From the IMG/VR virus record IMGVR_UViG_3300025352_000001, positions 1-37,315 of that record: a stretch of DNA of 37,315 nucleotides, one strand, 5' to 3'. Both the position numbers and the translations under genes were made by a program. A model generated the notes under the pieces. It was given only the letters and a program-made list of their open reading frames with translations. It was not told the origin of the DNA and did no database searches. The DNA is from a virus (Duplodnaviria; Caudoviricetes). This document shows, piece by piece, positions 17,731-27,900 of this stretch (position 1 is the first letter of the stretch; each line of letters begins with the position of its first letter).

Positions 17731-18899
17731 GCTTTGCAAACTTCGGCATCGGCCTCGGTGCGTTCACGCAGGGGCTCAGCAGCGGCATAGACACCGGCGC
17801 AAAACTCCGCGGGATGATGGATAAGGGCGAGATACGCAAACAGGCCAAGAGCGGCATCAAGACGGCACGGGCCGACCGTGAGGCTGACATCCAGGGGAAG
17901 ATCAGCCGCACCGGAATGGACAACCGCCAGGACTTCATGGGTGATGTCACCACCGGCTACAAGGTTGGTGACAAGAGCTATGGTAGCGAGGAAGAGGCTC
18001 GAGGCCAGGCATCCAAGGGTGTCGACTCGATCATGGACCGGTTCATGTCGGACGCGGCCCCTGTCATCGCCAACACCTATGCCAAGCAGGGCAACATGGA
18101 AATGGCTCAAGGGTGGGAGACCTTCATCCAGGACAAGCAGACCCAGCAGGGCATGAAGCATTGGGCGACTGCGCTCCGCTCCGCTCAGATGGGCGATACA
18201 GAAGGCTTTGCCACCGCTCTCACGGAAGCCTACAACAGTCCCGGATACATGGAGGACGGCGCCAGCGTTGCTGGCCACAAGGTCAACAAGGATGGGACCA
18301 TCGAGATCAATTTCGAGCGTGACGGTAAGCAATTCACTCAGACGTTCGAGGATACTGACGACCTGGTCCAGGCTGGCGTCGGACTCTTGTCGCCGAAAGC
18401 GGCCTTCGAGACGACCATGGCACAGAGCCAGGCCGCCACAGAGGCTCGCAACGAGGCCGCTCAAACGGGTGCCGAGTTCCAGCAGGACCTCACACGCGAT
18501 GCGTGGAAGCAGCAGCTCAAAGACGAGTCCGCTGCCAGCACGCAAGGTCAAGAATCTCAGCAGACGATTCAGCTTCTCAAGGACTGGAACTACACCGACG
18601 ACGAGATCCGCGAGATGATTCCCGACATCCTCAACGTCTCCAATACCAGGGATTCAATCAGTCTGCCCGATCTCCGTTTGCGTGTGCTGGAGAGCCTGTC
18701 GATGGGGTTGGGATTCGATCGACTCAGCGATGAAGAAAAGGACAATCGAGTCAACCAAATGACCGAGATGATAATGCAGGAGTCCGGCGCCTCTCAGAAG
18801 CCCGGCAACCCGAACCCGGCGGTCGATGGATTGGGTGCGGTTCCGGGTGGAGGCGTTCCAATGTACGATACGCAGACAGGAAAGATCGTAGTACGTTAA
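17727..18899 (+). CDS. Putative ejection/internal virion protein
   Basis: The N-terminal FGIGLGAFTQGLSSG amphipathic segment, helical composition and position between ejection genes support this call. Confidence 0.55.
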   Translation: MSFANFGIGLGAFTQGLSSGIDTGAKLRGMMDKGEIRKQAKSGIKTARADREADIQGKISRTGMDNRQDFMGDVTTGYKVGDKSYGSEEEARGQASKGVDSIMDRFMSDAAPVIANTYAKQGNMEMAQGWETFIQDKQTQQGMKHWATALRSAQMGDTEGFATALTEAYNSPGYMEDGASVAGHKVNKDGTIEINFERDGKQFTQTFEDTDDLVQAGVGLLSPKAAFETTMAQSQAATEARNEAAQTGAEFQQDLTRDAWKQQLKDESAASTQGQESQQTIQLLKDWNYTDDEIREMIPDILNVSNTRDSISLPDLRLRVLESLSMGLGFDRLSDEEKDNRVNQMTEMIMQESGASQKPGNPNPAVDGLGAVPGGGVPMYDTQTGKIVVR

Positions 18900-18912
18900 A
18901 AGAGGGTATCCC

Positions 18913-21900
18913 GTGGCGCAAAACAACCCGTTCTTTCAGAACCCCCTGGACAAAGTCACCGACGATATCCTCGCGAAGAAGTACGAGCTCCCGGCGTTAA
19001 GCGGTATTCGGGCTCAGTCTGACGGGCGAATTGAGGCATCCAGGGACGTGGACGGGATTCTCCCTCCTGAGCAATATCAGCCGCTATTCATCAACGCCTC
19101 CCAGAAGTACGGGGTCCCGGCGAACATCCTCATGTCCCTGGCTCAGCAAGAGTCGTCGTACAACCCTGAAGCTATCGGCCCGGAGACGAAGTGGGGCAAA
19201 GCCAAAGGGATGATGCAGTACATTGACGACACCGCCAAGGGCATGGGAATCGACCCGATGGACCCGGCGCAGTCAGTGGATGCCGCCGCGAAGCAGTTCA
19301 AGCAAAGAATCGACGCCGGATACAGCGTTGAAGAGGCCGTCATGGCCCATCACGCCGGCGACAACCGTGAACAGTGGGGTCCGAAGACCCGCAAGTATGT
19401 GCGCGAGGTTCTGGGTCGCGCTGGGGGCATCGCTGCACGGTATCAGCCAAAAGACCCCACGGACGGTGGTCGCTACCGAGATCTGACCCCCGAGGAACTG
19501 GCCGTCTATCAGGCCAAGCAGTCCGGCATTGGCCCAAAAACTACCGATTCTGAGCCCCCGGGACTGATAGAGCGTGCAGGTAGCGCGCTCAGCGGGCTTG
19601 TGAGAGAGCCGGGCACGCGCGAGCAGATGGAGCCCACCGCCGAGCTTGGCCAGGCCGCCCGTAAGATTGCCGACGCTGGCCGACGTGGTCCGTCTCCCTC
19701 GGGCGGACGTGCTGGAGAGCCACAGGTAGATCAAGAGGTCGACGCCTTCACCGGCGCTGCCCCGAAGAACCCCGGAGCAGACCAGAAGCTCCCCCCTACC
19801 GAAGAGCCAGCCGACGAAGAGCTCGACAACAGCGGCCGTTCCCGCCTGGAAGAGCTCGAGGCCCTTGCCGCAGAGCAGCCAGAAGAAGTCGACGCCTTCA
19901 CCGGCGCAGGACCCGTCAAAACCACGACTCCGCTGGACCTCTATCGCAAAGGCATCGCGCTGCTCCAGCGTCCAGCAAGCGAGTTCGACTTCCTCACAGC
20001 CAAGATGGACGGCCCCGACAAAGACGAGAAAGACGAGAGGAGAGGACAGTTCGCTGATGCAGAGGTCGACGCCTTCACTGGCGCTGACACGAAGGCTCAG
20101 TACACGACGATCGATGGCTGGATCAAGAACCTGGTGGGTTCAGCAACGTCCGGCGTAGGCACCGCGGCGGGGTCGACTGTCGAGGGTTCTGGACTCATTG
20201 CCCAGCAGATATCGAACGACCGGAGCAACAGGAAGCTCCAGGCAGCGGCGACTCGGCTCGATAACTCTCGGACGAACTTGGGCCTCAGGCTGGAAGATGT
20301 CGAAGGTGAGGACGACGCTACGCGACTGCGTGTCGCAGAGGCGTATGCTGACGATATTTTCAAGCGCGAGAAAGAGTTTCACGCCGCTGCCGTGGAGTGG
20401 GCCAACAAGGAACCAAGCGCCGCCGCCGACTGGATTCGTGGACTTGGCGTCGACATCAAAAAACTCTCGGAGCAGTTACAGGCCGACCCCGAGTACGATG
20501 GCAAATTGACAGATGTTTCAGCAGGCATTGGCTCGATGCTGATCTACCTCGGCCCTGGCTTCCTCACGACGCTAATGACTCGCGGCGCACCGATGGCCAT
20601 CAGGCAGATCGCCGGCCTTGCTGGGGGCGCTTCCTTGGCTGGCCCCGCAGGTGCAGCAGAGGCATACAACCGGGCGATCCAGTATGGCCTACCGGAAGAA
20701 CTGGCCATCAAAACGTCCATGAAGGGTATTCCGGCCGGCATCATCCAGGTCGCCCCGCTCGCTGTCATCCTCAAGGGTGTCGCCCCCGGGGTGCGCGGCA
20801 AGGTTCTGTCCCAGTTCCGCCACATACTTGAAGTATTCGGCGCTGAGTTCGTAGCGGAGGGTGCCGGCGCTGTCATGCAAAACCTCGTCGAGAAATCCTA
20901 CAATCCTGAGAAAGGGGTTTGGGACGACTCCCTGTACCAGGCGGCGATAGGCGGAAGCTCCGCTGCCCTCATCTCTTTGGGCATCCAGATCGCCACCCGC
21001 GGCAAGGGTATCCGGCCCATGGACAAGGGTGAGATCGCAGGCCGGGAACTGGACCGCCAGGTCAAGGGCTCAGCGTGGCTAGAGAGCGCCGAAATGGAGG
21101 CGTTACGCAGGCTGGACCCCCATTCATACGTCCAGACCGTGCGCGATCAAGCAGAGAGCATCGACCCGGAAGCCGTCCTGTCTGGTGACCTCAGCGTTGC
21201 GCAGAAAACCCCGGACGGCCCGATAGAAGCCGCCGCCGCGGAGACCTCTGGTGAAGAGCGTGTCGCCAATGTCCCTGGTGAGCGCGTCACCGTGGCCACC
21301 CTAACCGGCAATATCAACGGCATCGTCAATCTCTATGAAGAGGACGGACCTGGCGAGTTCCAGGTTCAGATCCTGGCCGAAAATGGCGAAATGTACGTTT
21401 TCGACCAGAACAGCGATGTGACCATTGTTCGCACCGGCGTACTCGATGGCGAGACCACTGCCAGGCAGGGTGATGACACCACGCCCCCCTCCACCGTGAC
21501 GCCGATGGCGAACATGGACCCGATCGACACGGCAGCAGCAGAGAAAGAGCGCGAGGAAAACCCTGAGGGTCTTGATCCGGGATACAGAGGCCGTGTCGAA
21601 ACTCGTACCGGCTGGCTTGAGGATGTTGCGGAGTCCCCCGGTGACGTACAAGACCTGATCGACGCCGAAATGCAGGACGGATCGGCACCCGACCAGAGCG
21701 AAGCCAGGACGGCCTTCCTCGATGCCGCACGGTCGAAATACGACGAGCTCACCGAGAAGACTCAGAAGGACCGAGCCGAGAAGTCATCGAAAGAGAAGTC
21801 AGCTCAGGACCGGTTCCCGCAGGACCCGATGGACCGACACAAGTTCGGCACGCCAAACCCTGATGTTCGTCTCCAGGAAGGCCGCAAGGAGCGCCGTGAC

Positions 21901-24900
21901 ACGGGCCGCGGGACCTTCGTCGCTAGCCAGCCAAGCACAGGCCGAGAGCTCGCCCGCGGAACGACCCAGGAAGAGGCTTTCAGCAATGCTGAGGCCAAGC
22001 TCAAGGCCGCTTCCGAAAAGGCAGAGCCAGCCCCTGAAACCACCGAATCCGGGGAAGCTATCGTTGGCCACACCACCAAGAAGGGAAAGGACCTTCGCGG
22101 CGTGTTGCGTGACATTCCGCTGTCGAAAGCCAAGGAGATCGACCCGTCCGCCTTCCGCAAGAGCGGAAAGTCGTTTATCCGCCTCGACAGTCTCGAGAAG
22201 GCGCGCGAGAAATTGAACGCCGAGTGGGAAGCCGAGTGGGAAGAGCAGGGCGTCGAGAACCCAGAGCAGGGCGACTTTGATACCGTTGAGGTTACAGGAG
22301 GAACGCGCCAAGAGGGCCAGGTCGACAAGCCGCTGACCTATACCGGCTACAACGGTGAAGAGCGCACCGCGCTCAGCTACCAGTTGGTGGGCGACTATCG
22401 TATCGCCATGGTGGGCAATAACGTTTATGAGGTGGTCGACCCCGATGGCCGGGCCGTCAGCCAAAAAGCCACACTAGACTTCGCCGTCAAGGACGCCAAC
22501 CGCCTACAGGGGCGACGGGCCCAGCCCGAGGCCGGTGACCGGAAAGCACAAGGCGGAGTAGCCTACTCAGAAGACATGCCTCGCAGGGTACCCGACGATG
22601 TTCGTCGCCAGGGCGATGCTGAGACGAAGGCATGGTATCAGGGGTATGATAGCGCACTTGAAAGAGATCGCGCCGCCATCCCTCCCCCGGCCAACCTCAA
22701 CCCGAGTTCGGAGGCAGGAAGCCCCGAGTACCAGGAGCGGGCGAAGGACCGCCTCGAGAGGATCGCTACCGCGGATTCTGTCGGCGCGCTCAACGACATC
22801 GTAGGGGAGTCGTGGGCCGACCAGGGGCGCACGAAGTCGAGCTTCTTTGAATTGCAGACGGCCGCCACTACTCGCTGGCAGGAGCTCTACAACCAGACTG
22901 AGGGCGGCGTTGCTCCTCGTCGGCCGTACCATGATGAAGATGTCAAAAAGCCCAAGGAGGCGGAAAAGGCCCGGACGAAAACACCCGAGGTCGCGCCCGC
23001 GGCCCCGCCAGCCGCCGACGACTTCAAGGAAGGCCCCGAGCAGGCCACTCAGACGTTCCGCGACGAGGAATCTGGCGTCACCGCCCACGTCATACCGAGC
23101 AAGCAGCGTCCGAACAAGCCGTTCAAGGTGCTCGTGCTGGACGACAGCGGGAAGTCCATTGGGACCACGCTCACCCCAACCGAGGAAATGGCGACAGCCA
23201 AGGCCCGGGAGGCTGTGGGGCTGCCGGAACAGGAAGCGACCGACGACTACGACGCCAAAGCCCACAAGAAAACAGCACCAGACGATCCCGTTCCTTCCGA
23301 CTTCCCTGAAGGATTCGAGCCCTACCGGGCCAATATTCGCGGCAAGGGCGAAACATGGGCCGTACCGGCAGTGCGCGGTCAGCGTGGCGTGGGCGGCGAC
23401 ACTCTGCATGACTCCTTGGACGAAGCACTGACCCAGGCGCAGAGCAACGTGCGCCAGGAGGATCTCCAGGCGCAGAACCAACGCGACACGGACGCCCAGG
23501 TTGCCCAGGAGGGCGACAGCGAGGCAGCCCGCCAGTCCGAGCTGGCCGAGATTGGCGAGATCCTCGGAATCCCCAAGATGCGAGCAGGCCGCGCGCGCGA
23601 TACGCTGAATAAGCGGGCCAACTTCAACGGCCGAGAAATGACCCACAAGGCGCGCATCGAGCAGGTGGTCGAGCAGGGCGCGGTGATCGAAGGCGAGGGC
23701 CCCGCCCGTGAACTAGTGTTCGGCGATAACAAGGGGTATGACCAGAAAACGCTGACCAAGACCGGCATGGACTATGCTGAGGCGCTGATCGGGCGTCGGG
23801 GCCTTGCAGTGACAGCACCAGAAGACGCGGCCAAAGTGGAGCAGCTAAATCGCCTGAAAGCTGACATGAACGCCCTGGCCGACAGAGCCGAAAAAGCCGG
23901 TTATACAGAGCTGGCTTCAGATCTGCGCATGCAGTATTCAACGGTAAAACCTGTTCGTGGCGACATAGTGTTCAGAGATATTAACGCGGCCAAAGTTGAC
24001 GACATTCTTCGCGCCCGTGAGCCAGCGGTGGTTAAGGCTGAGAGAAAAGCTGCAATAGCCGCAGGAGGTGCAGCACCCAGTACCCAGGCCACCAGCGAGA
24101 CCCAAGCAACAGTTACAACGCCGGGAGGAGAGACGTTTAGGGATACACGAGGGCAGGGCGAACGGTTCCACGGCACCAACCAAGCAATCGAAGGACTTAA
24201 CTCGTATAGCTACTCAGCTCAGAACTTTTACGGCCAAGGTTTTTACACTACTGACGCAGTAGATATTGCCAAAGGGTATGGACGCAAAGGTCGTGGTGGT
24301 GAGGCACAGCTGTATACTGTGACGGTTACTGGGAGCCCCTTGCTATACGACTTAAATGCTGAGATGGATGCGCAAACACGCGCCAAGGTGGCTGCGCTGC
24401 TCGGTGACACGCTTGATTTGACAGATGGAAGCATTACTACCCTTGGCGAGGCTATGGACGCTGCGAGGGAATCTGCTGGGGACATTACACCGGCAGATGA
24501 GGTACAGGAAAGTTTTGACGCGGTAGTCGCTAGCCTTGAGGCCAGAGGGTACCAAGGCTTCCGCCATGTTGGTGGCCAGCGCACTGGCAGCCCAGCGCAT
24601 GACGTGCGTATCTACTGGACCCCGGCCGACACCCTTGAGGTGATGCCCACCGAGTTTGATGCCTACAGAGCAGACGCAGGAGGTGCAGCACCCAGTACCC
24701 AGGCCACCGACAGCCCAACTGGACAGGCAGAAGCGAGTGTCGAGGAAAAGATCAAGGCAGATAGCTGGGGTGCCAACAACACCCTGGTCACCCAAGATCG
24801 TGCCGAAATCCTACGCGCCAAGCTCCGAGCAAAGTTCGGAACCCTAAACAGCGGGTTCGACCCGGAAATGCTGGCCGCGGGTGCCGAGCTGGCAGCTTTC

Positions 24901-27900
24901 AACATGGAAGCAGGCGTTCGCAAGTTCGGCGAGTTTGCCCGCGCCATGGCGGCCGACATCGGTGTCGGTATCAACGATCTTCGACCCTACCTGAGAGGCT
25001 GGTACAACGGCGGCCGCGACATGATGGAGGACAACGGTCTCGACGTGTCCGACATGGATGGGCCGGATCAAGTCCGCGACCAAATGAAGGGCCTCTTCAA
25101 CGCCGAGGAAACGTCCGTCACGGAAGCCATGGAGGAAGCCACAGAGCGCCGTCAGGAGGCTGCAGACGACGCCGCTGGAGCAACCAGCCCGAGTGCCAAG
25201 GCCAGCGCAAACGAACGCCTCAGGGACCAGGAAGAGCGCGTCACGAAGCTCAAGGAGGAAACTCGGGAGCGCGCTATTGTCGATAGCCCTGAGGGAGAGG
25301 GCCGCACAACCCCTACTGAGAGGACTCAAGATGACACCCGAGCAGATTCAACAGATCGTGATCAATCACTGGATGACGTACTTCCGGAAGGAGACACTGC
25401 GTTTGACCCCGCAGGAGATCCAGCGCCAATCGAAGGCATCCGCCCGGCTGTCGATGAGGGAGATGGAGGCGCTCCAGGGGATCGGACTCGACCCGAAGAC
25501 GGCATGGAGCGAGGCGAGCAGACTCTTCCTGACAGCCCCGCCGTCGCCGGAGGAAATAGCGGACGAGCAGGCGGAGTTGAAGGAGGTGGACGAGCAGGCG
25601 GTGCCCGCTCTCCCTCCGCTGGCCCGGTAAACCGCACCGAGAACCGGCCCAACACCCTGAAAGGCGAGAGCCCAGGAAACTTCCGCATCACGCCGGAAAT
25701 GGGCATCGGGACAGGCACCGCCGGCCAGAAGCTCAAGGACAACATGGCGGCCATTCGCCTGGCGAAGAAGATCAAGGCGGAAGGCCGGTTCGCGACCCGA
25801 GAAGAGCAGGCCGCACTGGCCAGGTTCGTCGGTTGGGGCGGCCTGAAAACCGTATTCGACCCCAAAAAGGCCGGTAAGACTGACCAGTTCGGTCGTGCCC
25901 AGGACGAGCTCAAGGGGCTGCTCACAGCCGAAGAATACGCCGACGCCAATAGCTCAATCCAGAACGCGCATTTCACGTCAGAATCTGTCGTCGGAATGAT
26001 GTGGCGCGCTGCCCGTCATTTCGGCTTCACAGGCGGACGTGCGCTCGAGCCCACCGTGGGGTCCGGTAACTTCATCGGCATGGCCCCGGATGATTTCGCC
26101 GCGGCTACCGAGTGGTTCGCCTCCGAGCTTGATCCGGTGAGCAGCAGTATTGCCGGCCTCCTGTATCCGGACTCGACGATCCTCGAGGCCACCGGCTTCC
26201 AGGAAGCGCACTTCGCCAGCAACGTCATGGACATTTCCATCGGCAACCCGCCGTTTGGTCAGATAACCATTCGCTCCCGCTCGAAGAAGTGGAAGCACCT
26301 GGACGGGATGAAGATCCACAACTACATCATCGCAAAAGCCGGCGAGCACCTTCGCCCGGGTGGGATCATGCCGATGGTGGTTACTCACCGCTTCCTGGAT
26401 ACCGCCAACCCAGAGGCCCGCAGTGAGCTCGCCAAGAACTTTCGGTTCCTCGGCGCCGTTCGGCTGCCAAACAACGCTTTCGCTGCGAACGCCGGTACTG
26501 ACGTGACCACCGACCTCGTGTTCCTCCAGAAGCTCCGTGCCGATGAGAGCCCTGACCTTTCAGCGTCCTGGCTGAACACCAATGGCGAGATCGATGTCGA
26601 TGGCGTGAAGATCCGTGTCAATGGCTACTACCAGGAGAACCCGACCAACATCCTCGGCAAGAGCACGTTGGGCGGCTCCATGTATGCGGCGGAAGGCGAG
26701 TACACCGTAGAGAGTGATGGCCGCGATCTGGACGCCTCCTTCAACAAGATATTGGCGGAAGACTGGGCTTCTCTTGCCGGCGCGATGAAGCCGACCCAGG
26801 GCGACCTGGATGCGGCCCCGGTCTTTCTGGAGAAGAGCGACCTGGCCATCGGCAGCATGATGCTGAACGCGGACGGCCAGATCATCTATCGCGACTTGGA
26901 TGACTCCGTGGGCAACGCGGTCATCAGGCAGGTCACCCCCGAGAGCTACTGGAAGGAGAAGGCTGCCCAGTGGGGTGATGCCATCGAAGCCGTTGCAGCC
27001 ATCAAGACAGCGCGTGAGGTCGGAGATCCGGTCGCCAAGGACCAAGTGCAGGCTCTCGTCGATGCAGCTGGCGTCGCTACCACTGCCAGCGGCGGCAAGA
27101 AGCCGAAGCCGACGAAGGCCGAGCAGGCCATTTACGACGTGCTCGATGCGACCGCGAACCCAAGGTTTACCTGGAGGCACGACGACGGACTGGCCGCGAT
27201 GGAGGCCACTCTTGAGCGCCGCCGTCTTGGCCGCCAGGGCTTCGACACCCTCCGTAAGCTCCTGGACATCAGGAACCGTGCCCTTGCACTGCTCCAGGCC
27301 GAGAAGACCAACGACCCGGCCATGGACAGCCTACGCGCCGATCTCAACGTCGCCTACGACCAGTTCGTGAGCAACTACGGACTGATCTCAGAGCCCAAGA
27401 ACATTTCCCTGTTGACCAGGGACATCGGCATCGAGTCCGGACTTGAGGCCAACTACCAGCCAGAGGTCAAGGCCGCCGAGGCGAAGAGGAAAAACTCCAA
27501 GCCCAGAAAGGCCACTGCTGAAAAGCACGCCATGTTCAGCGAGCGTGTCACTTGGCCAAAGGAAGAGATCACCTCCGCCGATAACGCTCTGGATGGCATG
27601 AATATCTCGCTCTCCGAGCGCGGTCGCCTGGATGTCGCGTATATCTCGGCGCTCACCGGGCGAACAGGTTCGCAGGTCATTGAAGATCTGACCACCGGGA
27701 AGGACCCGGCGGCCTTCTACGATCCCGAGCAGCTCGATTACATTCCCTATGATGAATACCTGTCGGGTAACGTGAATCGAAAGCTCGAGGTGGCCAGGGC
27801 AGACAACCTTGAGGCGAACATTACGGCCCTCGAGAAGGCTCTTCCTGCCCCGCTGACGAAAGAGAGGATCACTCCCAATATCCGCGGCACCTGGATTCCA

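Noticed and set aside
22567-23646. Long antisense ORFs (also 17541-18551, 2184-2900, 11416-12237 and others)
   Set aside because: These are shadow ORFs expected opposite GC3-biased genes. They have no motifs or RBS, and the codon bias stays with the plus-strand frame.
23272-23822. 11-bp repeat ACAGCACCAGA 540 bp apart (in frame) as another cassette boundary
   Set aside because: It is too short to distinguish from chance in 37 kb without comparative data, although the second copy is near the start of the atypical-codon region.
24068-24847. Further +1-frame nested genes in the atypical-codon ART region
   Set aside because: The alternative frames are short and start within the repeat. The main frame carries the conserved motifs, so the codon anomaly is better explained by foreign origin.
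25193-25330. 5' extension of the nested ORF as given in the track (145 aa)
   Set aside because: The upstream part is R/S/A-rich shadow sequence. The RBS and the codon-bias switch both point to ATG 25331.
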